Positions 38,980 to 50,739 of a DNA stretch of 64,000 nt are shown in pieces. Below the pieces are notes generated by a model that saw nothing but the letters and a program-made list of their open reading frames with translations, did no database searches and had not been told where the DNA came from. The DNA comes from Escherichia coli (GTDB lineage Bacteria > Pseudomonadota > Gammaproteobacteria > Enterobacterales > Enterobacteriaceae), in NCBI RefSeq assembly GCF_024502345.1, contig NZ_JALDNN010000001.1. One strand, 5' to 3'. Within the stretch, counting starts at the first letter, position 1, and the number at the start of each line of letters is the position of its first letter. The translations under genes were made by a program, and so were the position numbers.

Positions 38980-39870
38980 ATGGAACTACGGCATTTACGC
39001 TATTTCGTCGCAGTGGCGCAGGCACTGAACTTTACCCGTGCGGCGGAAAAACTGCATACCTCACAGCCTTCGTTAAGCAGCCAGATCCGCGATCTTGAAA
39101 ACTGTGTCGGTGTTCCGTTACTGGTGAGGGATAAGCGCAAAGTCGCGTTGACGGCGGCGGGAGAATGTTTTCTCCAGGACGCGCTGGCAATCCTCGAACA
39201 AGCGGAAAATGCCAAATTACGGGCGCGGAAAATTGTTCAGGAAGACAGACAATTAACCATTGGCTTTGTGCCATCGGCGGAAGTGAATTTACTGCCAAAA
39301 GTATTACCGATGTTTCGTCTCAGACAGCCAGACACCTTGATTGAGCTGGTGAGTTTAATCACCACGCAACAGGAGGAAAAAATTCGCCGTGGTGAACTCG
39401 ACGTCGGCTTAATGCGCTATCCTGTTTATAGCCCGGAGATTGATTATCTGGAGCTTTTTGACGAACCATTAGTGGTTGTGTTACCGGTTGATCACCCTTT
39501 AGCACATGAAAAAGAGATCACCGCCGCGCAACTGGATGGCGTGAATTTCGTCAGTACCGATCCGGCGTATTCCGGTTCGCTTGCGCCGATCGTTAAAGCG
39601 TGGTTTGCGCAAGAAAACAGCCAGCCAAATATCGTCCAGGTGGCAACGAATATTCTGGTGACCATGAATCTGGTGGGCATGGGGCTGGGCGTCACTTTGA
39701 TACCCGGTTATATGAATAATTTTAATACCGGACAGGTTGTTTTTCGTCCCATTGCCGGAAATGTGCCTTCCATTGCTTTACTGATGGCGTGGAAGAAAGG
39801 GGAGATGAAGCCGGCATTACGCGATTTCATCGCCATTGTGCAGGAACGTTTGGCAAGCGTAACGGCATAA
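38980..39870 (+). CDS. hcaR: LysR-family activator of the hca operon
   Basis: Start set at ATG 38980 (MELRHLRYFVAVAQ, 296 aa); divergent from hcaE. Confidence 0.88.
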   Translation: MELRHLRYFVAVAQALNFTRAAEKLHTSQPSLSSQIRDLENCVGVPLLVRDKRKVALTAAGECFLQDALAILEQAENAKLRARKIVQEDRQLTIGFVPSAEVNLLPKVLPMFRLRQPDTLIELVSLITTQQEEKIRRGELDVGLMRYPVYSPEIDYLELFDEPLVVVLPVDHPLAHEKEITAAQLDGVNFVSTDPAYSGSLAPIVKAWFAQENSQPNIVQVATNILVTMNLVGMGLGVTLIPGYMNNFNTGQVVFRPIAGNVPSIALLMAWKKGEMKPALRDFIAIVQERLASVTA

Positions 39871-40029
39871 TTACGCATTATTTTTGCAACATGCGTCGCG
39901 GATCGCAGTTTTTTAGTGCTTGTGAACTGGCGTTACAGACATCGGGAAGCAGGCTCGAATATTCTTATTTTTCAACTTGCACCAACATTCGATTAACCCC
40001 AGACTAACGCCTCCTGACGGGAGGGACTC

Positions 40030-41169
40030 ATGGTTTTGCAATCCACGCGCTGGTTGGCGCTCGGCTATTTCACATACTTTTTTAGTTACGGCATTTTTCT
40101 ACCTTTCTGGAGCGTCTGGCTTAAAGGGATTGGTTTAACGCCAGAAACCATCGGCCTGTTATTGGGGGCAGGTCTGGTTGCCCGTTTTCTCGGGAGTTTG
40201 CTCATCGCGCCCCGCGTCAGCGATCCTTCTCGCCTGATTTCCGCCTTGCGCGTGCTGGCAATGATGACACTTCTCTTTGCTGTCGCCTTCTGGGCGGGGG
40301 CGCACGTAGCGTGGCTGATGCTGGTGATGATTGGCTTTAACCTCTTTTTCTCACCGCTGGTACCGTTGACCGATGCACTGGCGAATACGTGGCAAAAGCA
40401 GTTCCCGCTTGATTACGGCAAAGTGCGACTGTGGGGCTCGGTGGCGTTTGTCATTGGCTCGGCGCTGACGGGCAAACTGGTCACTATGTTTGATTATCAG
40501 GTGATCCTCGCGCTGTTAACATTGGGCGTGGCATCCATGCTGCTCGGCTTTCTCATCCGTCCGACGATTCAGCCACAAGGGGCAAGCCGCCAGCAGGAGA
40601 GCACCGGTTGGTCAGCGTGGTTGGCGCTGGTTCTCCAGAACTGGCGCTTTCTGGCCTGCGTTTGTTTATTGCAGGGGGCACATGCGGCCTATTACGGTTT
40701 TAGCGCCATTTACTGGCAGGCAGCTGGCTACTCGGCCTCGGCGGTGGGGTATTTGTGGTCGCTGGGCGTGGTGGCGGAAGTCATTATCTTTGCACTGAGT
40801 AATAAACTTTTCTGCCGTTGTAGTGCACGCGATATGCTGTTGATCTCGGCGATTTGCGGCGTAGTGCGCTGGGGCATTATGGGAGCAACTACGGCGTTGC
40901 CGTGGTTGATAGTGGTGCAAATTCTGCATTGCGGCACCTTCACGGTCTGCCACCTGGCCGCCATGCGCTATATTGCCGCTCGCCAGGGTAGCGAAGTCAT
41001 CCGTTTACAGGCGGTTTACTCTGCCGTCGCGATGGGCGGCAGTATCGCTATCATGACCGTTTTCGCCGGTTTCCTGTATCAATATCTGGGCCACGGCGTG
41101 TTCTGGGTGATGGCGCTGGTGGCGCTTCCGGCAATGTTTTTGCGCCCGAAAGTTGTTCCCTCATGCTGA
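40030..41169 (+). CDS. hcaT: MFS transporter (putative phenylpropionate permease)
   Basis: 379 aa, 12-TM-like hydrophobic profile. Confidence 0.9.
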   Translation: MVLQSTRWLALGYFTYFFSYGIFLPFWSVWLKGIGLTPETIGLLLGAGLVARFLGSLLIAPRVSDPSRLISALRVLAMMTLLFAVAFWAGAHVAWLMLVMIGFNLFFSPLVPLTDALANTWQKQFPLDYGKVRLWGSVAFVIGSALTGKLVTMFDYQVILALLTLGVASMLLGFLIRPTIQPQGASRQQESTGWSAWLALVLQNWRFLACVCLLQGAHAAYYGFSAIYWQAAGYSASAVGYLWSLGVVAEVIIFALSNKLFCRCSARDMLLISAICGVVRWGIMGATTALPWLIVVQILHCGTFTVCHLAAMRYIAARQGSEVIRLQAVYSAVAMGGSIAIMTVFAGFLYQYLGHGVFWVMALVALPAMFLRPKVVPSC

Positions 41170-42441
41170 TTCGAGCATTTTGCGGATCTGCTCCTGTTGA
41201 TGTGTTGTCAGCGTCAGGTCCGTATAGATCAGCGGTGGTGAAAAGAGCGGTAACGGCATGGTATAAGGAGCAATAATCAGTGCTGCGCCACGCGGAGCGC
41301 CTGTCTGCAAAAATGCCTTTACCGACATATGTTTAATGTTGAGCGGCAGTAACGTTAGTTCGCGTAACTGCTGCTCAATCTGCGCTTCTCGCTCGCTATC
41401 ATTCCCGGTCAGTAGAATAATCTGTTTTTCATGCAGATCGTTTTCCTGCATTAGCCAGGCACCGAAAATCACCGCGACCAGACCACTTTCCTCATCAGAA
41501 AGATGGACGCCGTATTCACTTTCAAATCCGGCCAGCGCCGCGCGGGTGGTGCGTACCAGGCGTGGATACAGTCTGGCGAACTCTTCCGGCAGGGTATTAT
41601 CAATACCGATAGCAAACAAACTGCGATTTAACGCCTGGGCGAGGTGGGTATAAAGCTGATCACATAACCCCTGTTCATCATAAAAACGAACATTTCCCAG
41701 CTCACGAAAATGGTTTACCAGACGTTTGATAGACTGACGCAATTGTCTGTCCCGCTGATGCGCATCCCGCAATGGATCGGGAACCCGCAACATGGAAAAA
41801 AGTAGTGCCATAAACAGTGGTTCATCAGGTGGTACAGGCTGGAGCGCCCGACGCTGCCAGTGGCGTCCAATTTCCTGCGCTACCTGAAATTCAAGGCAGG
41901 ATTCCGCCCAGCGACGTTGGAGCGGATTAAACTGAGGCGTAATTCCAGCGTGGTGCTGCAGCAAACAATATTGCAGATACAGACACAGGAAATGAATATC
42001 GCGCGATTCAAAGCGTTTTTGCAGCCGTCGGGAGCAGAGATTCACTAACGCTTGTAGATTGGTATCGTCGTAAAAGTTACGCGCAATTCCGCGCCGCTTC
42101 AGTTCACTCTTCAGGGCGGGGGTGAATTGGCTGGTAATAAATGACGGACACAGACGGAAACCACGTCGTAGCCAGTGAAATAAACACAAACGTTGGTTAA
42201 GCACTGTACCTTCAACCCGGTAGCTACCGTCATAACCAGTCGTCAGTGTGAGTTGATGATAGCGCAGGATCTCCCGTTCTGTTTCGCTGATATCAAGACT
42301 GGCAATATCATCATCCACACCATTAAGCTCGCTGAAGGTTGCCATGGTGGCGGTCAACCCCGGCTGAAAGAGCGTCAGCAAGATCTGGCAGCGGCGCTGG
42401 GGAGCCGAAAGGACAGATGGTGGAGCAAGCGTAGGCATCAT
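41161..42441 (-). CDS. csiE: Stationary-phase inducible protein CsiE
   Basis: Start set at ATG 42441 (MMPTLAPPSVL, 426 aa); 3' end overlaps hcaT by 9 nt (convergent). Confidence 0.85.
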   Translation of the reverse strand: MMPTLAPPSVLSAPQRRCQILLTLFQPGLTATMATFSELNGVDDDIASLDISETEREILRYHQLTLTTGYDGSYRVEGTVLNQRLCLFHWLRRGFRLCPSFITSQFTPALKSELKRRGIARNFYDDTNLQALVNLCSRRLQKRFESRDIHFLCLYLQYCLLQHHAGITPQFNPLQRRWAESCLEFQVAQEIGRHWQRRALQPVPPDEPLFMALLFSMLRVPDPLRDAHQRDRQLRQSIKRLVNHFRELGNVRFYDEQGLCDQLYTHLAQALNRSLFAIGIDNTLPEEFARLYPRLVRTTRAALAGFESEYGVHLSDEESGLVAVIFGAWLMQENDLHEKQIILLTGNDSEREAQIEQQLRELTLLPLNIKHMSVKAFLQTGAPRGAALIIAPYTMPLPLFSPPLIYTDLTLTTHQQEQIRKMLESA

Positions 42442-42631
42442 CTGTAGATCTCCCATAAGCATAATTGATAAGAATAGCTAAAGTTTGCTCAGGGAAATGG
42501 CGAAGGGAATGCTAATCATCAGAAATGTTGGCAAGCGTCACAGAATTTTTCTCATCTTAAATTGTTCTGACCAGTGGATTAGCATGTCTTAAGGTGGTTT
42601 TGTGAATGATTATCGTGCTAGCGATCATGGG

Positions 42632-43486
42632 TTAGTTCTGCGGATTCAACGCGCTAAGGATAAAGTCCACCATCTGTTCGCGATAAACATCGCCGTGACG
42701 ATCGGAAAAAGCATCAATGTGTTCGCCATCCGGGATTAGGATCAACCGTTTTGGCTCTTTTGCCAGGCTATACAACTTTTCGCTGTGCTGCCATGGGATA
42801 ACGTGATCGGCTTTACCGTGAATGAGTAAAAGCGGGATCGGGCTGACGCTGGCGATGTAATTTTCGCCGCTGTAACTCTCATCAAGTAAGTAGCCACTGC
42901 CGGGGATCATCTGGTTGGCGATGGTTGCATAAGAGGCAAATGTGGAGTCGAGGATCACCGCACGTATGCCTTCACGATCACCCTGACCAATAACAGCAAG
43001 AATATTCGCCCCGCCAATACTCTGCCCGAACAGCACCAGCCGTTGTGGGTTTACATCACTGCGATGGCGCACCACATTGATGGCGCTTTGCGTATCGTCC
43101 AGCAATCCGGCCTGGGACGGCGTGCCTTTTGATTTACCAAACCCGCGATAATCAAACATAAAAACGTTGAAATTACGCTCGGGTAACCAACTGACCAGCG
43201 GCCAGTGGGCGGACATATTTCCGGCATTGCCGTGAGCATGAATGATGGTTGCGATGGCGTTGTCAGCAGGGCCCGTCGAAGAAGGGATAAACCAGCCTTG
43301 CAGACGAGTACCGTCCTTAGCCGTAAATTCGACGGATTCCGCCGACCAGGGGTCGGGACCGTAAATTTTATCGTCAGGATAATAGAAGAAGTTGATAGCA
43401 ACGCGCGGCACTAAATAAACGCAGAAGGCAACAACAAAGAGAATAAACAGAATTTTGGGAACGCGTTTGTTCACTGGCAGTGCCAT
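42632..43486 (-). CDS. yfhR: Alpha/beta-hydrolase (S9-like peptidase) YfhR
   Basis: Start set at ATG 43486 with AAGGAAAGG SD (284 aa); N-terminal TM anchor; GQSIGG nucleophile elbow. Confidence 0.82.
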   Translation of the reverse strand: MALPVNKRVPKILFILFVVAFCVYLVPRVAINFFYYPDDKIYGPDPWSAESVEFTAKDGTRLQGWFIPSSTGPADNAIATIIHAHGNAGNMSAHWPLVSWLPERNFNVFMFDYRGFGKSKGTPSQAGLLDDTQSAINVVRHRSDVNPQRLVLFGQSIGGANILAVIGQGDREGIRAVILDSTFASYATIANQMIPGSGYLLDESYSGENYIASVSPIPLLLIHGKADHVIPWQHSEKLYSLAKEPKRLILIPDGEHIDAFSDRHGDVYREQMVDFILSALNPQN

Positions 43487-43630
43487 AACCTTTCCTTGCG
43501 ACTTCTTTATCATCCATTAATCGGGGAAAGATGGTGGGAGAGTGACGAAAGAAAGTAAAGCGGTGAGGAAGTATTTCGGAATAGCGCCTGAAAGGCGAGG
43601 GCGGGTGAGTGATATCACCCGCCTGAGTCA

Positions 43631-44434
43631 TTAACGCTTCAGAGCGTCGCTTAACTCGTCACGCATGTTCGCCAGCATGGCTTTAACAACACGCGGGTTA
43701 CCAGCAACGATGTTACCGGTCAGCATATAGTTATGACCACCGGTGAAGTCGCTGACGATGCCGCCCGCTTCACGAACCAGCAGCTCGCCTGCAGCGAAGT
43801 CCCACGGGCGCAGACCGATTTCAAAGAAACCGTCAACACGACCCGCAGCGACGTAAGCCAGATCCAGCGCCGCAGAACCGGTACGACGGAAGTCTGCACA
43901 TTCGTTGAACAGTTTGCCGACGATGTTGATGTAGGTAGTGGCGTACTGTTTTGCTTTGAACGGGAAGCCGGTCGCCAGAATAGTACCGTCGAGATCGCGA
44001 GCGGTGCTGCCGCGCAGACGGTAGCCGTTCAGCTGTGCGCCCTGACCCCGAGTGGCGGTGAACAGTTCGTTACGCATAGGATCGTATACCACAGTAACTT
44101 CGGTGCGGCCTTTGATACGAACGGCGATAGATACCGCGAAGTGCGGCAGACGTTTGATAAAGTTGGTAGTGCCATCCAGTGGATCGATAACCCATTGAAC
44201 ATCCTGATCGGTACCTTCAAGTTCACCGCTTTCTTCGGTGATGATGGTGTGCTGTGGGTAAGATTTACGAATCGTGTCGATAATCACCGCTTCGGCAGCT
44301 TTATCTACGTTGGTCACGAAATCGTTACTGCCTTTCTGGCTCGCTTCTACAGCGTCCGGGGTTTCATAGTTTTTGGCAATTAAATTACCCGCCTTGCGCG
44401 CTGCGCGCACGGCGATGTTCAGCATCGGATGCAT
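43631..44434 (-). CDS. suhB: Inositol monophosphatase family protein SuhB
   Basis: 267 aa MHPMLNIAVRAARKAG...; IMPase motifs. Confidence 0.95.
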   Translation of the reverse strand: MHPMLNIAVRAARKAGNLIAKNYETPDAVEASQKGSNDFVTNVDKAAEAVIIDTIRKSYPQHTIITEESGELEGTDQDVQWVIDPLDGTTNFIKRLPHFAVSIAVRIKGRTEVTVVYDPMRNELFTATRGQGAQLNGYRLRGSTARDLDGTILATGFPFKAKQYATTYINIVGKLFNECADFRRTGSAALDLAYVAAGRVDGFFEIGLRPWDFAAGELLVREAGGIVSDFTGGHNYMLTGNIVAGNPRVVKAMLANMRDELSDALKR

Positions 44435-44552
44435 CGGTCTCTCTCACTGGATGTTAAAGAACGGGAAAACGGCGCAGAGTATAGCAGCGAGATCGGCATC
44501 TGTCTTCGTTTTATGATAAGATGCGTGAATAATCTTTAGATGAAGAAAGACA

Positions 44553-45293
44553 ATGCTGCAAAATATTCGAATTGTGCTGGTGGAGACGTCACACACCGGC
44601 AATATGGGTTCTGTTGCCCGTGCCATGAAAACAATGGGATTAACCAATCTGTGGCTGGTTAATCCACTGGTGAAACCCGACTCCCAGGCGATTGCCCTGG
44701 CGGCGGGGGCCAGCGATGTGATTGGTAATGCTCACATCGTCGATACGCTCGACGAAGCGTTAGCCGGTTGTAGCCTGGTGGTGGGCACCAGCGCACGCTC
44801 CCGCACGCTGCCGTGGCCGATGCTCGACCCGCGCGAATGCGGTCTGAAAAGCGTCGCTGAAGCGGCAAATACCCCGGTGGCGCTGGTGTTTGGTCGCGAA
44901 CGTGTCGGCCTGACCAATGAAGAGTTGCAGAAGTGTCATTATCATGTCGCGATTGCCGCTAACCCTGAATACAGCTCGCTGAACCTGGCGATGGCGGTTC
45001 AGGTTATTGCCTATGAAGTGCGTATGGCCTGGCTGGCAACTCAGGAAAATGGCGAGCAGGTCGAGCATGAAGAGACGCCGTATCCGCTGGTCGATGATCT
45101 GGAGCGTTTTTATGGTCATCTGGAACAAACGCTGTTGGCAACCGGTTTTATCCGTGAAAACCATCCGGGGCAGGTGATGAATAAATTGCGCCGTCTGTTT
45201 ACCCGTGCGCGCCCGGAAAGCCAGGAATTGAATATCCTGCGCGGGATTCTGGCTTCTATAGAGCAGCAGAATAAAGGTAATAAGGCCGAATAA
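44553..45293 (+). CDS. trmJ: tRNA (cytidine/uridine-2'-O)-methyltransferase TrmJ
   Basis: 246 aa SpoU-class methyltransferase. Confidence 0.92.
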
Positions 45294-45300
45294 CAGTGGT

Positions 45301-45383
45301 TGCCTGATGCGACGCGTAACGCGTCTTATCAGGCCTACAGTGCACAGAGTCCCAGGGCGGATATGGCGTTCACGCCGCATCCG
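45301..45383. repeat. REP elements downstream of trmJ
   Basis: tgcctgatgcgacgcgtaacgcgtcttatcaggcctac and ggcggatatggcgttcacgccgcatccg palindromic units. Confidence 0.6.
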
Positions 45384-45449
45384 ACAACAGGTACAAACAC
45401 CACGATAAAAAAATGGCACTGAAGGTTAAATACCCGACTAAATCAGTCA

Positions 45450-45520
45450 AGTAAATAGTTGACCAATTTACTCGGGAATGTCAGACTTGACCCTGCTATG
45501 CAATACCCCCACTTTTACAA
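45450..45520 (+). promoter_or_regulatory. iscR promoter region with candidate IscR operators
   Basis: aaatagttgaccaatttactcgggaatgtcagacttgaccctgc contains two TTGACC -35-like hexamers and the sequence remembered for IscR type-1 sites; exact boundaries not verified. Confidence 0.45.
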
Positions 45521-45562
45521 TAAAAAACCCCGGGCAGGGGCGAGTTTGAGGTGAAGTAAGAC

Positions 45563-46051
45563 ATGAGACTGACATCTAAAGGGCGCTATGCCGTGACCGC
45601 AATGCTTGACGTTGCGCTCAACTCTGAAGCGGGCCCGGTACCGTTGGCTGATATTTCCGAACGTCAGGGAATTTCCCTTTCTTATCTGGAACAACTGTTT
45701 TCCCGTCTGCGTAAAAATGGTCTGGTTTCCAGCGTACGTGGACCAGGCGGTGGTTATCTGTTAGGCAAAGATGCCAGCAGCATCGCCGTTGGCGAAGTGA
45801 TTAGCGCCGTTGACGAATCTGTAGATGCCACCCGTTGTCAGGGTAAAGGCGGCTGCCAGGGCGGCGATAAATGCCTGACCCACGCGCTGTGGCGTGATTT
45901 GAGCGACCGTCTCACCGGTTTTCTCAACAACATTACTTTAGGCGAACTGGTTAATAACCAGGAAGTGCTGGATGTGTCTGGTCGTCAGCATACTCACGAC
46001 GCGCCACGCACCCGCATACAAGACGCGATCGACGTTAAGTTACGCGCTTAA
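45563..46051 (+). CDS. iscR: Fe-S cluster assembly transcriptional regulator IscR
   Basis: 162 aa Rrf2-family, [19 protein letters not shown]. Confidence 0.96.
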   Translation: MRLTSKGRYAVTAMLDVALNSEAGPVPLADISERQGISLSYLEQLFSRLRKNGLVSSVRGPGGGYLLGKDASSIAVGEVISAVDESVDATRCQGKGGCQGGDKCLTHALWRDLSDRLTGFLNNITLGELVNNQEVLDVSGRQHTHDAPRTRIQDAIDVKLRA

Positions 46052-46291
46052 TTTAACCGTCCTGTTTCGTGTTGCATCTGCGTTGACTGCACATACTCAC
46101 TCCGGTCACTTACTTATGTAAGCTCCCGGAGATTCGTAAGTTTGTCAACTTGCTGAAACCCGAAACAGTTAGGTTAAAGATAACAAGATATTAGAATCAG
46201 GCCGGGGCGTATCGCGCTCCGTAAACACGGTCGTACATCCAGCCGGTAGCCTGGTTCCTTGCATTGAGTGATGTACGGAGTTTATAGAGCA

Positions 46292-47506
46292 ATGAAATTA
46301 CCGATTTATCTCGACTACTCCGCAACCACGCCGGTGGACCCGCGTGTTGCCGAGAAAATGATGCAGTTTATGACGATGGACGGAACCTTTGGTAACCCGG
46401 CCTCCCGTTCTCACCGTTTCGGCTGGCAGGCTGAAGAAGCGGTAGATATCGCCCGTAATCAGATTGCCGATCTGGTCGGCGCTGATCCGCGTGAAATCGT
46501 CTTTACCTCTGGTGCAACCGAATCTGACAACCTGGCGATCAAAGGTGCAGCCAACTTTTATCAGAAAAAAGGCAAGCACATCATCACCAGCAAAACCGAA
46601 CACAAAGCGGTACTGGATACCTGCCGTCAGCTGGAGCGCGAAGGTTTCGAAGTCACCTACCTGGCACCGCAGCGTAACGGTATTATCGACCTGAAAGAAC
46701 TCGAAGCGGCGATGCGTGATGACACCATCCTCGTTTCTATCATGCACGTGAATAACGAAATCGGCGTGGTGCAGGATATCGCGGCTATCGGCGAAATGTG
46801 CCGTGCTCGTGGCATTATCTATCACGTTGATGCAACCCAGAGCGTGGGCAAACTGCCTATCGATCTGAGCCAGTTGAAAGTTGACCTGATGTCTTTCTCC
46901 GGTCACAAAATCTATGGCCCGAAAGGTATTGGTGCGCTGTATGTGCGTCGTAAACCGCGCGTACGCATCGAAGCGCAAATGCACGGCGGCGGTCACGAAC
47001 GCGGTATGCGTTCCGGCACTCTGCCTGTTCACCAGATCGTCGGAATGGGCGAAGCCTATCGCATCGCAAAAGAAGAGATGGCGACCGAGATGGAGCGTCT
47101 GCGCGGACTGCGTAACCGTCTGTGGAACGGCATCAAAGATATCGAAGAAGTTTACCTGAACGGTGACCTGGAACACGGTGCGCCGAACATTCTCAACGTC
47201 AGCTTCAACTACGTTGAAGGTGAGTCGCTGATTATGGCGCTGAAAGACCTCGCGGTTTCTTCCGGTTCCGCCTGTACGTCAGCAAGCCTCGAACCGTCCT
47301 ACGTGCTGCGCGCGCTGGGGCTGAACGACGAGCTGGCACATAGCTCTATCCGTTTCTCTTTAGGTCGTTTTACTACTGAAGAAGAGATCGACTACACCAT
47401 CGAGTTAGTTCGTAAATCCATCGGTCGTCTGCGTGACCTTTCTCCGCTGTGGGAAATGTACAAGCAGGGCGTGGATCTGAACAGCATCGAATGGGCTCAT
47501 CATTAA
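46292..47506 (+). CDS. iscS: Cysteine desulfurase IscS
   Basis: Start set at ATG 46292 ([14 protein letters not shown], 404 aa); PLP Lys motif [12 protein letters not shown]; active-site loop SSGSACTS. Confidence 0.96.
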
Positions 47507-47533
47507 TCGGTATCGGAATCAGGAGAATTTATA

Positions 47534-47920
47534 ATGGCTTACAGCGAAAAAGTTATCGACCATTACGAGAATCCGCGTAACGTGGGTTCCTTTGACAACA
47601 ACGACGAGAACGTCGGCAGCGGCATGGTGGGTGCACCGGCCTGTGGCGACGTGATGAAGTTGCAGATTAAAGTCAACGATGAAGGTATCATTGAAGACGC
47701 GCGTTTTAAAACTTACGGCTGCGGTTCTGCTATCGCTTCCAGCTCCCTGGTCACCGAATGGGTGAAAGGGAAGTCTCTCGACGAAGCGCAGGCGATCAAA
47801 AATACCGATATTGCTGAAGAACTTGAACTGCCGCCGGTGAAAATTCACTGTTCTATTCTGGCAGAAGACGCGATCAAAGCCGCCATTGCGGACTATAAAA
47901 GCAAACGTGAAGCAAAATAA
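47534..47920 (+). CDS. iscU: Fe-S cluster scaffold IscU
   Basis: 128 aa with conserved Cys residues and LPPVK motif. Confidence 0.96.
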   Translation: MAYSEKVIDHYENPRNVGSFDNNDENVGSGMVGAPACGDVMKLQIKVNDEGIIEDARFKTYGCGSAIASSSLVTEWVKGKSLDEAQAIKNTDIAEELELPPVKIHCSILAEDAIKAAIADYKSKREAK

Positions 47921-47936
47921 GAGTTGAGGTTTGGTT

Positions 47937-48260
47937 ATGTCGATTACACTGAGCGACAGTGCAGCAGCGCGAGTAAATACCTTTCTGGCTAACCGCGGCA
48001 AAGGGTTTGGCCTGCGTCTGGGCGTGAGAACCTCCGGATGTTCAGGTATGGCTTATGTACTGGAATTTGTTGACGAACCGACGCCGGAAGACATCGTGTT
48101 TGAAGACAAAGGCGTGAAAGTCGTGGTCGATGGCAAAAGCCTGCAATTTCTGGACGGTACGCAGCTGGACTTCGTAAAAGAAGGCCTGAACGAAGGGTTT
48201 AAATTCACCAACCCGAACGTCAAAGATGAGTGTGGTTGCGGCGAAAGCTTCCACGTTTGA
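47937..48260 (+). CDS. iscA: Fe-S cluster insertion protein IscA
   Basis: Start set at ATG 47937 ([10 protein letters not shown], 107 aa); C-terminal CGCGESF motif. Confidence 0.95.
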   Translation: MSITLSDSAAARVNTFLANRGKGFGLRLGVRTSGCSGMAYVLEFVDEPTPEDIVFEDKGVKVVVDGKSLQFLDGTQLDFVKEGLNEGFKFTNPNVKDECGCGESFHV

Positions 48261-48355
48261 TGCGCATACCGATAACCCCACCGTGGTCGCCTGCGCGTGG
48301 GGTTTGTTTTACCTGATTCGCCGTTATCGCGGCGGATCGCAGCCCTGAGAATGTT

Positions 48356-48871
48356 ATGGATTACTTCACCCTCTTTGGCTTGCCTGCCCGTTATCAACTC
48401 GATACCCAGGCGCTGAGCCTGCGTTTTCAGGATCTACAACGTCAGTATCATCCTGATAAATTCGCCAGCGGAAGCCAGGCGGAACAACTCGCCGCCGTAC
48501 AGCAATCTGCAACCATTAACCAGGCCTGGCAAACGCTGCGTCATCCGTTAATGCGCGCGGAATATTTGCTTTCTTTACACGGTTTTGATCTCGCCAGCGA
48601 GCAGCATACTGTGCGCGACACCGCGTTCCTGATGGAACAGTTGGAGCTGCGCGAAGAGCTGGACGAGATCGAACAGGCGAAAGATGAAGCGCGGCTGGAA
48701 AGCTTTATCAAACGTGTGAAAAAGATGTTTGATACCCGCCATCAGTTGATGGTTGAACAGTTAGACAACGAGGCGTGGGACGCGGCGGCGGATACCGTGC
48801 GTAAGCTGCGTTTTCTCGATAAACTGCGGAGCAGTGCCGAACAACTCGAAGAAAAACTGCTCGATTTTTAA
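48356..48871 (+). CDS. hscB: Co-chaperone HscB
   Basis: 171 aa J-domain protein (HPD motif). Confidence 0.95.
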
Positions 48872-48887
48872 TTTCTGGAAGCTAAAC

Positions 48888-50738
48888 ATGGCCTTATTAC
48901 AAATTAGTGAACCTGGTTTGAGTGCTGCGCCGCATCAGCGTCGTCTGGCGGCTGGTATTGACCTGGGCACAACCAACTCGCTGGTGGCGACAGTGCGCAG
49001 CGGTCAGGCCGAAACGTTAGCCGACCATGAAGGCCGTCACCTGCTGCCATCTGTTGTTCACTATCAACAGCAAGGGCATTCGGTGGGTTATGACGCGCGT
49101 ACTAACGCAGCGCTTGACACCGCCAACACCATTAGTTCTGTTAAACGCCTGATGGGGCGCTCGCTGGCTGATATCCAGCAACGCTATCCGCATCTGCCTT
49201 ATCAATTCCAGGCCAGCGAAAACGGCCTGCCGATGATTGAAACGGCGGCGGGGCTACTGAACCCGGTGCGCGTTTCTGCGGACATCCTCAAAGCACTGGC
49301 GGCGCGGGCAACTGAAGCCCTGGCAGGCGAGCTGGATGGTGTAGTTATCACCGTTCCGGCGTACTTTGACGATGCCCAGCGTCAGGGCACCAAAGACGCG
49401 GCGCGTCTGGCGGGCCTTCACGTCCTGCGCTTACTTAACGAACCGACCGCTGCGGCTATCGCCTACGGGCTGGATTCCGGTCAGGAAGGCGTGATCGCTG
49501 TTTATGACCTCGGTGGCGGGACGTTTGATATTTCCATTCTGCGCTTAAGTCGCGGCGTGTTTGAAGTGCTGGCAACCGGCGGTGATTCCGCGCTCGGCGG
49601 CGATGATTTCGACCATCTACTGGCGGATTACATTCGCGAGCAGGCGGACATTCCTGATCGTAGCGATAACCGCGTTCAGCGTGAACTGCTGGATGCCGCC
49701 ATTGCAGCCAAAATCACGCTGAGCGATGCGGACTCCGTGACCGTTAACGTTGCGGGCTGGCAGGGCGAAATCAGCCGTGAACAATTCAATGAACTGATCG
49801 CGCCACTGGTAAAACGAACCTTACTGGCTTGTCGTCGTGCGCTGAAAGACGCGGGCGTAGAAGCTGATGAAGTGCTGGAAGTGGTGATGGTTGGCGGTTC
49901 TACTCGCGTGCCGCTGGTGCGTGAACGGGTAGGCGAATTTTTCGGTCGTCCACCGCTGACTTCCATCGACCCGGATAAAGTCGTCGCTATTGGCGCGGCG
50001 ATTCAGGCGGATATTCTGGTGGGTAACAAGCCGGACAGCGAAATGCTGCTGCTTGATGTGATCCCGCTGTCGCTGGGCCTCGAAACGATGGGCGGCCTGG
50101 TGGAGAAAGTGATCCCGCGTAATACCACGATTCCGGTGGCCCGCGCCCAGGATTTCACCACCTTTAAAGATGGTCAGACGGCGATGTCTATCCATGTGAT
50201 GCAGGGTGAGCGCGAACTGGTGCAGGACTGCCGCTCACTGGCGCGTTTTGCGCTGCGTGGTATTCCGGCGCTACCGGCTGGCGGCGCGCATATTCGCGTG
50301 ACGTTCCAGGTCGATGCCGACGGTCTTTTGAGCGTGACGGCGATGGAGAAATCCACCGGCGTTGAGGCGTCTATTCAGGTCAAACCTTCTTACGGTCTGA
50401 CTGACAGCGAAATCGCTTCGATGATCAAAGACTCAATGAGCTATGCCGAGCAGGACGTAAAAGCCCGAATGCTGGCAGAACAAAAAGTAGAAGCGGCGCG
50501 TGTGCTGGAAAGTCTGCACGGCGCGCTGGCTGCTGATGCCGCGCTGTTAAGCGCCGCAGAACGTCAGGTCATTGACGATGCTGCCGCTCACCTGAGTGAA
50601 GTGGCGCAGGGCGATGATGTTGACGCCATCGAACAAGCGATTAAAAACGTAGACAAACAAACCCAGGATTTCGCCGCTCGCCGCATGGACCAGTCGGTTC
50701 GTCGTGCGCTGAAAGGCCATTCCGTGGACGAGGTTTAA
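48888..50738 (+). CDS. hscA: Chaperone HscA (Hsp70 family)
   Basis: Start set at ATG 48888 ([10 protein letters not shown], 616 aa); Hsp70 ATPase motifs [16 protein letters not shown]. Confidence 0.95.
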   Translation: MALLQISEPGLSAAPHQRRLAAGIDLGTTNSLVATVRSGQAETLADHEGRHLLPSVVHYQQQGHSVGYDARTNAALDTANTISSVKRLMGRSLADIQQRYPHLPYQFQASENGLPMIETAAGLLNPVRVSADILKALAARATEALAGELDGVVITVPAYFDDAQRQGTKDAARLAGLHVLRLLNEPTAAAIAYGLDSGQEGVIAVYDLGGGTFDISILRLSRGVFEVLATGGDSALGGDDFDHLLADYIREQADIPDRSDNRVQRELLDAAIAAKITLSDADSVTVNVAGWQGEISREQFNELIAPLVKRTLLACRRALKDAGVEADEVLEVVMVGGSTRVPLVRERVGEFFGRPPLTSIDPDKVVAIGAAIQADILVGNKPDSEMLLLDVIPLSLGLETMGGLVEKVIPRNTTIPVARAQDFTTFKDGQTAMSIHVMQGERELVQDCRSLARFALRGIPALPAGGAHIRVTFQVDADGLLSVTAMEKSTGVEASIQVKPSYGLTDSEIASMIKDSMSYAEQDVKARMLAEQKVEAARVLESLHGALAADAALLSAAERQVIDDAAAHLSEVAQGDDVDAIEQAIKNVDKQTQDFAARRMDQSVRRALKGHSVDEV

Positions 50739-50739
50739 T

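Noticed and set aside
46298-47176. 292-aa minus-strand ORF antisense to iscS, and similar antisense ORFs opposite pdxJ (5215-5895), yphD (31158-31988), hcaE (37548-37958) and ndk (62568-63095)
   Set aside because: All lie inside strongly supported genes on the other strand and lack start context; treated as shadow ORFs.
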